From Patescibacteria group bacterium (GTDB taxonomy: Bacteria > Patescibacteriota > UBA1384 > XYA2-FULL-43-10 > 1-14-0-10-43-13), in contig JBAZBD010000001.1 in assembly GCA_041671645.1 (NCBI GenBank), forward strand, positions 412,890 to 476,889: a DNA stretch of 64,000 nucleotides, given 5' to 3'. Numbering within the stretch: position 1 is the stretch's first letter; each line of letters starts with the position of its first letter. The position numbers were made by a program, and so were the translations under genes. Of the stretch, positions 36,126-45,141 are shown piece after piece. The notes beneath the pieces are model-generated. The model saw only the letters and a program-made list of their open reading frames with translations. It ran no database searches and was not told the origin of the DNA.

Positions 36126-37487
36126 ATGGGCGTAATCATCCGTGGGTTTAAGAACGCATTTCGCAATAACGTCAGAACGGTCTCGGTCGTTTTCATCTTG
36201 GCGCTTTCTATTGCCATGTCACTAGTCATGTTGTTGTCGCTTAAGACCGTCCAGGGCAGGATCGAGTCTGTCAAAAGTTCGATTGGAAACACGATCAGCG
36301 TTTCACCGGCCGGTGCTCGCGGTTTTGAAGGAGGCGGAGAACCTTTGACTTCTGCGGATATAAGCTCGATTTCTTCTTTGTCTCATGTCACCAAGGTCAG
36401 CCAGACGGTCAACGACCACCTAACCCCAGGCACAAATACAAATCTTGTTCCCTCTCAGGAAGCTGGCACGATTGGAAATCGTCAGAGACAGCAGATGGGG
36501 GCGGATGATGGGAGCGCCACGGCGCGTAATCAACGTGTCTTCGCCATGCCTATCATGGTGACGGGCACGAACGATCTGACCAATACGGCAAGTCTCTTTG
36601 TCGATAGTTTCACAATCACAAGTGGCGAAAAGTTTGATGGTGGTTCTGACCAAAATGTCGCGTTGGTCGGAAGCGAGCTAGCCACCAAAAATAATCTTAG
36701 TGTCGGCTCCACCTTCCAGGCATATGGCAAAGATATTTCGGTTGTCGGAATATTTGATGGCGGAAGCAAATTTGCAAACGCCAACTTTGTCATGCCATTG
36801 AAATCCCTTCAAATTTTGTCTGGCCAAGCTGACCAGGTCACTTCGGCGACCGTATTAGCTGACTCGATCGACAACATTGCCGCTGTCAAAGACTCAATCA
36901 AATCAAAGCTTGGGGCGAAGGCGGATGTCACAGCTCAACAGGATAGTTCTGCAGAAGCAGTCAAGCCTCTCGAAAATATCAAAACGATTTCTCTTTACAG
37001 TCTGATCGGATCACTAGCGGCCGGAGCAATAGTAATATTCTTGACCATGCTGATGATTGTGCGCGAACGTCGTCGCGAAATTGGCGTGCTCAAGGCGATA
37101 GGATCATCAAATATCGGAATTGTGGCAATGTTTAACGTAGAGTCGCTCGTCCTGACCTTGACCAGTAGCGTAGTTGGCATATTCATGGGTCTAGTATTTA
37201 GCAATCCCATTTTGAAAGTTCTAGTCAACAATTCAGAGGCTTCGGGCAACGCCTCGGTAGCGAGTATGGGCGGTCCGAATCATGACCATGCCGCTATGAT
37301 GGCTGGTGTAGCGGCTAGAGCTCTTCCTGGAGCCAGGAATGCGCTGAATAATCTGCATGCCGTTGTCGGCTGGGATATCCTTCTCTACGGCTTGGGCGCT
37401 GCAGTCTTGATTGCGATAATTGGAAGTGCCATACCCGCCTTCTTCATTTCTAAAGTTCGCCCTGCTGAAGTGATGAGAGCGGAATAA
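36126..37487 (+). CDS. ABC transporter permease, MacB/FtsX-like
   Basis: N-terminal TM, large periplasmic domain, C-terminal FtsX 3-TM domain (IGVLKAIGSSN...). Confidence 0.75.
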   Translation: MGVIIRGFKNAFRNNVRTVSVVFILALSIAMSLVMLLSLKTVQGRIESVKSSIGNTISVSPAGARGFEGGGEPLTSADISSISSLSHVTKVSQTVNDHLTPGTNTNLVPSQEAGTIGNRQRQQMGADDGSATARNQRVFAMPIMVTGTNDLTNTASLFVDSFTITSGEKFDGGSDQNVALVGSELATKNNLSVGSTFQAYGKDISVVGIFDGGSKFANANFVMPLKSLQILSGQADQVTSATVLADSIDNIAAVKDSIKSKLGAKADVTAQQDSSAEAVKPLENIKTISLYSLIGSLAAGAIVIFLTMLMIVRERRREIGVLKAIGSSNIGIVAMFNVESLVLTLTSSVVGIFMGLVFSNPILKVLVNNSEASGNASVASMGGPNHDHAAMMAGVAARALPGARNALNNLHAVVGWDILLYGLGAAVLIAIIGSAIPAFFISKVRPAEVMRAE

Positions 37488-37551
37488 TCAGCGAAGCTGA
37501 TTATTCTAGTCGAAAGTTGAAAGAAAAAGTTTATAAAGTCAAAAGGAATAT

Positions 37552-38223
37552 ATGCTAAAAGTAACAAATCTAACCAAAAAGTTTGAATCTGGAGATAGTG
37601 ATGTTGTCGCGGTGAAGGATGTAAGTCTCGAAATCCCGACTGGTGTCTTCTCGACCATAGTTGGCAAAAGCGGAAGCGGTAAGAGCACCCTATTGTCATT
37701 GCTTGGTGCGCTGGATAAGCCGACCTCAGGATCGATCGATGTCGATGGCCAAAATATCAGCAAATTCGGCGATTCGAAATTGATCAAATACAGACGAGAA
37801 AAAATCGGTTTTATCTTCCAAAATTATAATTTAATACCCAATCTAACTGCACTTGAGAATGTGATGCTTCCGATGGAATTTGCGGGGCTCAGCGTCAAAG
37901 CGCAAAAAGATAGAGCGGCAAAACTTCTTGATCAGGTAGGAATGAATGGGGATAAACAAAGCCGCAAACCTGGTCGTCTATCTGGCGGAGAACAGCAGAG
38001 GGTGGCGATAGCGCGTTCACTGGCCAACAAGCCAAAATTAATTTTGGCTGATGAGCCAACGGGAAATCTTGATAGCGCGACAGGGAAAATTATTATAAAG
38101 CTCCTGAAAGACCTAGCAAAATCTGAAGATACTACTATTGTAGCTGTAACTCATGACGACGGTATTGCAGCCGAATCACATCTGACGTTTCGCCTAAAGG
38201 ATGGCAAGCTGGTGAAAAATTAA
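37552..38223 (+). CDS. ABC transporter ATP-binding protein (MacB/LolD-like)
   Basis: Walker [10 protein letters not shown], signature [14 protein letters not shown], Walker [12 protein letters not shown]. Confidence 0.9.
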   Translation: MLKVTNLTKKFESGDSDVVAVKDVSLEIPTGVFSTIVGKSGSGKSTLLSLLGALDKPTSGSIDVDGQNISKFGDSKLIKYRREKIGFIFQNYNLIPNLTALENVMLPMEFAGLSVKAQKDRAAKLLDQVGMNGDKQSRKPGRLSGGEQQRVAIARSLANKPKLILADEPTGNLDSATGKIIIKLLKDLAKSEDTTIVAVTHDDGIAAESHLTFRLKDGKLVKN

Positions 38224-38294
38224 TAGTGTTTGGCCTACCAATCTTCGGTATTCTTATGATAAAATATCTTTGCAATTAAAAAAGAGGTTTTGTC

Positions 38295-39587
38295 ATGGAA
38301 ATTTTGAGAAATATGTGGCGTCGAAAGTTTAGAACTTTTCTGACTATTTTTGGCATTGTGATTGGGATCTTCGCTTTCACTGTGATGGGCAGTATGGCGC
38401 TCAAATTGAACAAAATGATCGATGGCGGTAAGCGCTATATCACGGGGCAAATCTCGATTTCTCCCAAAGGCACAGATTTTACCATGGGCGGCAGCGGCAC
38501 TTCGACTTTGCCAGTGGATTTGTTGCAGAAAATTGCGGCAGTCGAAGGAGTCGAAGCAGTCGAGGGCTCAGTAAGCCTCGTGGTTGATGAGCCAAACCTT
38601 GATGATCCAGCGAGCGCATCTATGAATATGGGTCAGCCACCAACAATATATAGTATTGATCCTAGCTCAAATTTTAAAAACAAAAACTGGGCGACACTGG
38701 ATATGAAAGAGGGCGAAGAGATCGGGAAAGATACAGCTGAAAACGAGATTGCGATTGGCTATACAGTCGCCCTGGACAAGAAGTGGAAGATGGGGGATAC
38801 GGTCAAAATCCGCGGACGCGAGTTTAAAGTGGTCGGAATTCTCAATAAGACTATGACTGGACCGGATAGTTATGTTTTCATGAATATCAAACCTGCTAGG
38901 GAAATGTTTGTAGACTCAAATCCATTTTTGAAATCCTTGAAGACTCAATCTGAAAACACGGCGAATATTTCAGACACAGAGCTGGCCAAACTTTCGCCTG
39001 AGGCGCGGGCTCAAATAGTTCAGGCCCAATCATTTAAGATGGAAAACATTTCGACGGCAGCTTCGGTTTCTTGGAAAGATGGGGTTGATTCAGACAAGCT
39101 CTCGACTACGATTAAAGACCAGTTCAAAAGCGAGGTTACAGTCCTCTCGCCAAAGGCGATGGGAGAGCTGATCGACAAGGCTTCGGCCACGATGAATGCG
39201 ATTATTCTCGGTGCGGCTTTGCTCGCTTTAATCGTCGGACTCTTCTCTATAGTGAATACAATGGTGATGTCGATATCCGAGCGGACCAAGGAGATAGGAA
39301 TCAAGAAGGCTCTGGGTGCGTCAAATCGATCAATTGCTTTCGAATACACCATGGAAGCTGGACTGATCGGATTTTTGGGCGGAGTGATCGGCGCTGCTCT
39401 TGGAGGTCTATCGGCATATTTGATCAATCAGAAAATGGCCGCGAAGGGGGCAGAAATCTTCCTTCTCGATACCAGCTTCTTTGTTTATGTCCTCATATTC
39501 TCCTTTGTCGTAGGTATTATTGCGGGGGTTATCCCAGCGATGAGAGCGGCGAAGTTGAAGGTTGTCGAAGCCGTACGAGAATTATAA
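38295..39587 (+). CDS. ABC transporter permease, MacB/FtsX-like (second copy)
   Basis: Same architecture as 36126-37487; FtsX C-terminal domain (IGIKKALGASN...). Confidence 0.75.
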   Translation: MEILRNMWRRKFRTFLTIFGIVIGIFAFTVMGSMALKLNKMIDGGKRYITGQISISPKGTDFTMGGSGTSTLPVDLLQKIAAVEGVEAVEGSVSLVVDEPNLDDPASASMNMGQPPTIYSIDPSSNFKNKNWATLDMKEGEEIGKDTAENEIAIGYTVALDKKWKMGDTVKIRGREFKVVGILNKTMTGPDSYVFMNIKPAREMFVDSNPFLKSLKTQSENTANISDTELAKLSPEARAQIVQAQSFKMENISTAASVSWKDGVDSDKLSTTIKDQFKSEVTVLSPKAMGELIDKASATMNAIILGAALLALIVGLFSIVNTMVMSISERTKEIGIKKALGASNRSIAFEYTMEAGLIGFLGGVIGAALGGLSAYLINQKMAAKGAEIFLLDTSFFVYVLIFSFVVGIIAGVIPAMRAAKLKVVEAVREL

Positions 39588-39593
39588 GAATGT

Positions 39594-39656
39594 CATTCCG
39601 GACTTGATCCGGAATCTAAATAATAATGATTGGACCCCGGATCAAGTCCGGGGTGA
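39594..39656. repeat. Two palindromic hairpin units in inverted orientation between the permease and ATPase genes
   Basis: TCCGGA-cttga-TCCGGA and CCCCGGA-tcaag-TCCGGGG, reverse complements of each other and 22 nt apart. Confidence 0.5.
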
Positions 39657-39673
39657 CAAATAATAAGGAAAGT

Positions 39674-40366
39674 ATGGAATCAAAAATAATTGTAAGTGCC
39701 AAAGGACTCAAAAAAAGTTATAAGATGTCGAAGCACAATGTGGTGCAGGCGCTGGACGGCGTCGATATCGAGGTCAAGCAGGGAGACTTTACCGCGATCG
39801 TTGGTCCTTCCGGCTGTGGCAAGTCCACATTGATGCACATATTGGGGCTATTGGATCGACCCGATGAAGGAGATCTTTTTATCGATGGAGAAGATTTTAG
39901 CAAATTAAAAGACGATAAGGCTTATAAAGTAAGGGCCAAAAAGGTCGGCTTTATCTTCCAGGGATTTAATCTGATCCCTACACTGACTGCGCTAGAAAAT
40001 GTAGTTCTGGCGGGAAAATACGGCGGGATGAAACTGGCTGAGCGCAAAAAGAGAGCCATCGAGTTGCTCAATATGGTAGGTCTAGCTGAGCGCATGAATC
40101 ACAAGCCCAACGAGCTCTCTGGCGGCCAACAGCAGCGAGTAGCGATGGCCAGGGCCCTAATGAACGATCCAGCAATAATTTTGGCTGATGAGCCAACTGG
40201 TGAGCTAGATACCAAAACCTCACTTGAGATTATGGAGATGCTCAAAAAGCTAAATCGTGAGGGCAAGACTTTCCTGATAGTGACTCACAACATGGACGTT
40301 GCGGCCGAGTGCAAAAATGTTATTCGACTCAGAGACGGCAAGAACGATATATCCAAATTAAAATAA
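39674..40366 (+). CDS. ABC transporter ATP-binding protein (second copy)
   Basis: Walker [10 protein letters not shown], signature [15 protein letters not shown], Walker [12 protein letters not shown]; start at MESKIIV. Confidence 0.9.
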   Translation: MESKIIVSAKGLKKSYKMSKHNVVQALDGVDIEVKQGDFTAIVGPSGCGKSTLMHILGLLDRPDEGDLFIDGEDFSKLKDDKAYKVRAKKVGFIFQGFNLIPTLTALENVVLAGKYGGMKLAERKKRAIELLNMVGLAERMNHKPNELSGGQQQRVAMARALMNDPAIILADEPTGELDTKTSLEIMEMLKKLNREGKTFLIVTHNMDVAAECKNVIRLRDGKNDISKLK

Positions 40367-40374
40367 TTGTACTT

Positions 40375-41025
40375 TTATCCGACTAGCATTGTCGGGTCGA
40401 TACCGATAATTTTCGATAAAGCTAAGATTAGGGGTCGGATCAATTGCAAGAAGATCGAGCTGCCCGAGACCTGATCGTAAATGATAATCCCAAGCAGGAG
40501 GTACGGGCCAAAGTTTTGGTATGTTTCCCTCATTGGCGGCGACATAAGTGGCTCGATCAAGTGTGACCCATCGAGTGGGGGAATCGGCAAGATATTGAAG
40601 GACGCAAGGGCAATATTTAGGACAGCAGCCAAGTTCAAGATTTGGACCAGGAAGGAGTGCGTTCCGGAAATCCCAGCAGAGACAAGAACCTTGAGAATAA
40701 TTGAAATAATTAGGGCGATAATTAAGTTTGTGATAATCCCAGCAAGTGAAACCCAGATCTCTGAACTCTTGTTTCGGAAATAGGCTGGGTTGACTGGTAC
40801 TGGTTTGCCCCAGCCAAAACCAATGATTAGAAGCATAATACTACCAACCAAATCCAGATGGGCTAGAGGATTGATAGTGAGGCGCCCCTCAATTTTGGCT
40901 GTCGGATCGCCTGCCCAGTTGGCCACCAACGCGTGAGCAAATTCATGAAGGGTGAGGCTGAAAATAATAATTGCTAAAAATATTATTCCTACGACTGGGT
41001 CCTGAAAGATTGATAATAATAGCAT
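40375..41025 (-). CDS. M50-family (site-2 protease-like) zinc metalloprotease
   Basis: HEFAHAL (HExxH) within a TM helix; later LDGSH region; 216 aa; multi-TM. Confidence 0.65.
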   Translation of the reverse strand: MLLLSIFQDPVVGIIFLAIIIFSLTLHEFAHALVANWAGDPTAKIEGRLTINPLAHLDLVGSIMLLIIGFGWGKPVPVNPAYFRNKSSEIWVSLAGIITNLIIALIISIILKVLVSAGISGTHSFLVQILNLAAVLNIALASFNILPIPPLDGSHLIEPLMSPPMRETYQNFGPYLLLGIIIYDQVSGSSIFLQLIRPLILALSKIIGIDPTMLVG

Positions 41026-41131
41026 TGTTCCTCGTCTTGATAAATATCTTAGTTTTTGTTATGATATGCAGGTTCGGTATTGATTTGACTTCCTTATAAA
41101 TATTTTAACATTTCACGCGGGAGATAAAAAG

Positions 41132-41293
41132 ATGGCAAGATGCGCAATATGTGTGAAAAGTGCGACAGCGGGGAACCAAGTCTCACATTCACAGATTCAT
41201 ACAAAGAGAACCTTTAAGCCAAACCTACAAAAAGTTGGTGGTGTTATGTTATGCACTCGTTGCATGAAGACCATCAAAAAGATCACAAAATAG
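41132..41293 (+). CDS. rpmB: 50S ribosomal protein L28
   Basis: 53-aa ORF MARCAICVKSATAGNQVSHSQIHTKRTFKPNLQKV...CTRC. It is not in the ORF track, which omits ORFs below ~60 aa. Confidence 0.8.
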   Translation: MARCAICVKSATAGNQVSHSQIHTKRTFKPNLQKVGGVMLCTRCMKTIKKITK

Positions 41294-41390
41294 GGGCAGG
41301 TTATAAAGTCGAAAGTTCAAAGTCGAAAGAAACGATTCATGGTCTTGTCTTAGTCTTGTAACTTTATACTTTATACTTTATCACTTTGAA

Positions 41391-41729
41391 CTAACTTGGT
41401 AGTTTTTCGCCGCTCTCGATAATCTTCTTGTCACGTTCATCTTGGAGTTTCTTGAAACAGTCCTCGCAGAGAATATCTTCTGTAGTTGGCTGGAAGGGGA
41501 CTTCATTTTTTTTGCCACAAACTCGGCATTTGATCCACCACATTGGGTGTTTGTCTCGTAATTTGTCACGGTTTTTGGCGGTGCAAACTTTGCAACGTTT
41601 TGGCAGATTTTGCAATCCTTTCTCGAGGAAGAATTTCTGCTCTCCGGCAGTAAAAATAAATTTATCACCACAATCTTTACAAACTAATGTTTTGTCTTCT
41701 AGCTCGCTGATATCTACTTTTGGACTCAT
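41391..41729 (-). CDS. Zinc-ribbon protein (four CxxC pairs)
   Basis: CKDCGDK...CKVC...CRVCGKK...CEDC; 112 aa. Confidence 0.45.
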   Translation of the reverse strand: MSPKVDISELEDKTLVCKDCGDKFIFTAGEQKFFLEKGLQNLPKRCKVCTAKNRDKLRDKHPMWWIKCRVCGKKNEVPFQPTTEDILCEDCFKKLQDERDKKIIESGEKLPS

Positions 41730-41822
41730 ATATTCTCCTATTTAATCTTCTTCCATAATACCACTCTAAATCCGTTAAAACTAGTTTTGGCGGATTTAGT
41801 GTTTTGTGGTAATTTGAATACT

Positions 41823-42524
41823 ATGGACTCGAAAGATTTATTGAATTTACAAAATGATTGGCAGGATGGTAACTTCTATCATGCTTATCTTGTGTTGGGA
41901 AACAGGGAAGAATCAGAGAGGCTGGTGAATTTATTATGCGAGAAGTCTGGTACGTCAAGAAAATTTGTGACTGAAATCGGGGATAGCGACGCAGGCATCA
42001 AAATCGATCAAATCAGAGAGCTGATCCACTCTGCCAATCTGACGAAAGAAGGGCTTCGAATAATTGTGCTTTGGGATGCGGAAACGATGAATATTTCAGC
42101 GTCAAACGCGCTCCTCAAGATTTTGGAAGAACCACCAGCGGGGGTCGTATTCTTGCTACAGTCCAAAAATCAATCCTTGTCTCTGACGATTAAATCTCGT
42201 TGCAGGCTCGTCCGTTTGGCGAATACTGAGACAAAAAATCATACTTCATCATACCAGATCAATTTTGCAGATAACCTGCATGTATTGCTAAAACAAATAG
42301 AAAAAGTAGTCAAGGGCGAAGAGACTGAGGCGTATCTTCTGGAGTTGGTTTTTTTGGTTAGAAATGATATGATTGAGACTAAGAAATCAAGCTTGGCCGA
42401 AGCGCTGACCAGCATTGAGCGCACAAGGCAGAGAATTGGGAAAAACGCCAATCCGAGACTGGCATTAGAAAATTTAATAATAGAAATCAAAGATATATAT
42501 GAAAGAGATATTTTTCAGGGCTAG
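41823..42524 (+). CDS. holB: DNA polymerase III delta' subunit-like
   Basis: SNALLKILEEPP motif; AAA-like N-terminal region lacking an intact Walker A; start set at MDSKDLL. Confidence 0.65.
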   Translation: MDSKDLLNLQNDWQDGNFYHAYLVLGNREESERLVNLLCEKSGTSRKFVTEIGDSDAGIKIDQIRELIHSANLTKEGLRIIVLWDAETMNISASNALLKILEEPPAGVVFLLQSKNQSLSLTIKSRCRLVRLANTETKNHTSSYQINFADNLHVLLKQIEKVVKGEETEAYLLELVFLVRNDMIETKKSSLAEALTSIERTRQRIGKNANPRLALENLIIEIKDIYERDIFQG

Positions 42525-43278
42525 GAGCGACAGTAAGGTGTACCAAGTCCCAGCCAACAACCTGGAGCTAAATGACGGCGACCTCATCCTTTTTGAGTCT
42601 GAAAAGTGCCAGGAAGTGGCAACAGTGATTAAATCGAGCGAAAAAGGTGAGGGCTTGAGCGTCGAGAGCAAGGGCGAGATTATCAGGCGTTTGAACGAGA
42701 AAGATCTGAAAATTGATGCTGATCGCAAGGCCGAAGCCAAGCAAAATATCGAAAAATGTGGTCAAATAGTCCTAAAACACCAGCTCCCAATGGAAGTCCT
42801 TGATGCCGATCTATCTTTTGACGGATCAAAACTAACTTTTTACTTTTCAGCTCCAGGACGAGTTGATTTTCGCTCCCTCGTCTCTGAGCTTGCATCAACA
42901 TTCCAAAAACTGATACGTTTACAGCAGGTTGGTGCAAGGGACCGTGCCAGATGTGTCGGCGGGATTGGCCGATGTGGCCAACAGTACTGTTGCAAGAGAT
43001 TCATCAAGGGCGAGCTCGAAACAGTCTCTACAGACATGGCATATGATCAAAATTTGGGTCAAATGGGGCCGAATCGAACGACAGGGGCTTGCGGAAAACT
43101 AATGTGTTGTCTAAAATTTGAGTTACCTTTTTATCAGGAGATGAAGAAGAAGCTTCCTGCGGTTGGCACCACGATCAAGACCAAGGACGGCAAGGGCATC
43201 GTAGTTTCTCAATGCGTGGTGAAAAGTAAGGTGACTGTTCAGCTAGAAAATAAAAATTATCTGGAGGTAGAGTGTTAG
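42499..43278 (+). CDS. PSP1 C-terminal domain protein (YaaT/RicT-like)
   Basis: FSAPGRVDFRSLV...RLQQVGARD...CGQQYCC; the conserved holB-yaaT adjacency. Confidence 0.75.
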   Translation: MKEIFFRARSDSKVYQVPANNLELNDGDLILFESEKCQEVATVIKSSEKGEGLSVESKGEIIRRLNEKDLKIDADRKAEAKQNIEKCGQIVLKHQLPMEVLDADLSFDGSKLTFYFSAPGRVDFRSLVSELASTFQKLIRLQQVGARDRARCVGGIGRCGQQYCCKRFIKGELETVSTDMAYDQNLGQMGPNRTTGACGKLMCCLKFELPFYQEMKKKLPAVGTTIKTKDGKGIVVSQCVVKSKVTVQLENKNYLEVEC

Positions 43279-44021
43279 AAGTATTGATTATAATTTTCCT
43301 GGGGTTAGCTCTTTTTCTCCTATTGCGTCATTATCCTGACGCTAAAGAGGTCAAGTTTTCACTGTCAAAAATTGATTTTTCTAGATTCCAGAAGCTTTTG
43401 ACCAATCGTAGACCTCACAAGATCGATAGCATTATTGCCGCGCCGATGCAGAGAAACATGACAGCCGTAGAGTCAGAAGATGATAACTTCGCGCCTCAGC
43501 CAAAAATTGCCAAAGTTTTCAGCGAGAAGAGCCCTATGCTCTTGTCTCACCTCTACAAAGCCGAGGAAGCATATGAGGCTAATGATTTACGCGAGGCCGA
43601 AGTCCAAGCGCTCGAAGCGATCGCTAAAGACAATCGTTGCGCAGAAGCTTATGTCATGATCGGCAAAATCGCTTTCTTTCGTGGAGAATTTGCTGATTCA
43701 AGAGAAGCTTATAAAGCGGCTCTGAAATGCAACAAGAATTTGGCCGAAGCCTATTTTGGTACTGGTATGGTAGAAATGCGAGAGGACAACTTCACCAAGG
43801 CGATTGATCATATGGAGAAGGCTATCAATCTCGAGAAGGGGAACGCTGAGTGGTATTTCGAACTTGGCAAGAGCTATATCGAGATCAGACAGTACGCCAA
43901 AGCAGCAAAGGTTTTGAAGAAGGCGGCTAGCATCGATATCGATAACAAGGACTACAAATCTCTTGCCGCCGAAGCCGAAGAAAAACAGAGAACGCATTCG
44001 GTCTACTCACGATTACGCTAG
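43272..44021 (+). CDS. TPR-repeat protein with an N-terminal TM
   Basis: Three to four TPR units (AEAYVMIGKIAFFRGEF..., AEAYFGTGMV..., AEWYFELGKSY...). Confidence 0.6.
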   Translation: MLEVLIIIFLGLALFLLLRHYPDAKEVKFSLSKIDFSRFQKLLTNRRPHKIDSIIAAPMQRNMTAVESEDDNFAPQPKIAKVFSEKSPMLLSHLYKAEEAYEANDLREAEVQALEAIAKDNRCAEAYVMIGKIAFFRGEFADSREAYKAALKCNKNLAEAYFGTGMVEMREDNFTKAIDHMEKAINLEKGNAEWYFELGKSYIEIRQYAKAAKVLKKAASIDIDNKDYKSLAAEAEEKQRTHSVYSRLR

Positions 44022-44076
44022 GATTGAACAAACCAGTAGAAAATGGTATATTCTTTGTGTTAATTTTGCCGTTGTA

Positions 44077-44116
44077 CCTGCCTGCCGGTAGGCAGGGCTC
44101 AGTTGGTAGAGCAACT
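44077..44116 (+). pseudogene. tRNA fragment: hairpin + 20-nt copy of the tRNA-Thr(GGT) D-arm region
   Basis: CCTGCC-tgccggta-GGCAGG followed by GCTCAGTTGGTAGAGCAACT, identical to residues 10-29 of the tRNA-Thr 28 nt downstream. No complete cloverleaf can be drawn. Confidence 0.35.
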
Positions 44117-44143
44117 TTAATGAATTGATACTATTTGTCGGGT

Positions 44144-44219
44144 GCCGATGTAGCTCAGTTGGTAGAGCAACTCCATGGTAAGGAGTAGGTCACCGGTTCA
44201 ATTCCGGTCATCGGCTCCA
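44144..44219 (+). tRNA. tRNA-Thr (anticodon GGT)
   Basis: Acceptor GCCGATG/CATCGGC, D arm GCTC-AGTTGGTA-GAGC, anticodon stem ACTCC/GGAGT with loop ATGGTAA, T arm ACCGG-TTCAATT-CCGGT, CCA. Confidence 0.75.
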
Positions 44220-44240
44220 GACAAATAGTGGCATTAGTAA

Positions 44241-44329
44241 GCCCCGACGCCCAGGGAAACTGGGATCGGGGTCCCGATCAAAACATCGGGAGAGTAGGTC
44301 GCCCCGACAAGTCGGGGTCAACGGCTCCA
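44241..44329 (+). other. Cluster of three GC-rich hairpins after tRNA-Thr (structured RNA or terminator cluster), ending in a tRNA-3'-end-like TCAACGGCTCCA
   Basis: CCCCGA-cg-CCCAG-GGAAA-CTGGG-a-TCGGGG; TCCCGAT-caaaac-ATCGGGA; CCCCGA-caag-TCGGGG. The last 12 nt mimic the tRNA-Thr acceptor 3' end (CATCGGCTCCA). Confidence 0.3.
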
Positions 44330-44435
44330 TAAAAATATCAATAATCGAATATCATTGATCAAGTGATTGAATAATTCCTGAAAATAGGTTACAATAACTT
44401 GTGATTTGGTACTTGAAACTTGGTATTTTTTTGTT

Positions 44436-44520
44436 GCTGGGATAGCAAAGTGGTCAACTGCATCTGACTGTAAATCAGACGGCATCGCCTTCGTAGGTTC
44501 GAATCCTGCTCCCAGCACCA
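44436..44520 (+). tRNA. tRNA-Tyr (anticodon GTA), type II with a long variable arm
   Basis: Acceptor GCTGGGA/TCCCAGC, anticodon stem TCTGA/TCAGA with loop CTGTAAA, variable-arm hairpin GGC-atc-GCC, T arm GTAGG-TTCGAAT-CCTGC, CCA. Confidence 0.75.
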
Positions 44521-44574
44521 CGCTTAGCGTGGTGAAAGGGACGCCTAGCGTCCCACCTTCATCGCCTGAGCGAT
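44516..44574 (+). other. Three consecutive short hairpins between tRNA-Tyr and tRNA-Thr
   Basis: CACCACGC-tta-GCGTGGTG (uses the tRNA CCA end), GGGACGC-cta-GCGTCCC, ATCGC-ctga-GCGAT. Confidence 0.3.
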
Positions 44575-44576
44575 TC

Positions 44577-44651
44577 GCCAGCTTAGCTCAACGGTAGAGC
44601 AACTGTTTTGTAAACAGTAGGTTATGGGTTCAAATCCCTTAGCTGGCTCCA
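44577..44651 (+). tRNA. tRNA-Thr (anticodon TGT)
   Basis: Acceptor GCCAGCT/AGCTGGC, D arm GCTC-AACGGTA-GAGC, anticodon stem ACTGT/ACAGT with loop TTTGTAA, T arm ATGGG-TTCAAAT-CCCTT (one mismatch), CCA. Confidence 0.7.
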
Positions 44652-44692
44652 TTAAAAAATTAATCAGATATTTATTTCCGAAAGAAATCACT

Positions 44693-44860
44693 ATGGCAAA
44701 AGAAGCTAGAAAACTAGTCACACTTGAATGCGAGAAATGCAAATCTCGTGGTTACCACACAGACAAGAGATTGAAGGGTCAGGACGTTATCAAACGTATT
44801 GAATTGACCAAGTATTGCAAGGTCTGCAAGGTTCGCACATTGCACAAAGAAACAAAATAA
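44693..44860 (+). CDS. rpmG: 50S ribosomal protein L33
   Basis: MAKEARKLVTLECEKCKSRGYHTDKRLKGQDVIKRIELTKYCKVCKVRTLHKETK (55 aa); four-Cys zinc ribbon typical of L33. Confidence 0.8.
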   Translation: MAKEARKLVTLECEKCKSRGYHTDKRLKGQDVIKRIELTKYCKVCKVRTLHKETK

Positions 44861-44941
44861 GTTTGAGCTGGTAAGCAATAAGCCAGTAAGCGTCTAAGTT
44901 TTTACTTAATTCTTACTGCTTAAAAGCTTATTAGCTTCAAT

Positions 44942-45015
44942 AGGGGTATAGTTAAATGGTATAACGAAGGTCTCCAAAACCTTTATTAGGGGTTCGATTC
45001 CTCTTACCCCTGCCA
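44942..45015 (+). tRNA. tRNA-Trp (anticodon CCA)
   Basis: Acceptor AGGGGTA/TACCCCT, anticodon stem AAGGT/ACCTT with loop CTCCAAA, T arm AGGGG-TTCGATT-CCTCT, CCA. Confidence 0.75.
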
Positions 45016-45019
45016 AAAA

Positions 45020-45053
45020 ATATCCAGTCTAGTACTGGATATTTTTTGTTTTG
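45020..45053 (+). terminator. Intrinsic terminator after the tRNA/rpmG cluster
   Basis: ATATCCAGT-ctagt-ACTGGATAT followed by TTTTTTGTTTTG. Confidence 0.6.
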
Positions 45054-45141
45054 TTAAAAGAGAAATCGAGCTAAAGGGGGGTGTGAATTGGGGGTCCATC
45101 GTCAGAAAGGACAGGGAACCGATGGCGTTTTGATATAGAAG

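Noticed and set aside
44241-44329. The hairpin-rich segment after tRNA-Thr as SRP (4.5S) RNA, tmRNA, or an intron-containing tRNA.
   Set aside because: It is too short for tmRNA. It lacks the SRP domain-IV GGAA/GCAGCC-type conserved loop pattern. No complete cloverleaf (no T-loop TTCRANT, no acceptor partner) can be drawn. It is kept only as an unexplained structured region.
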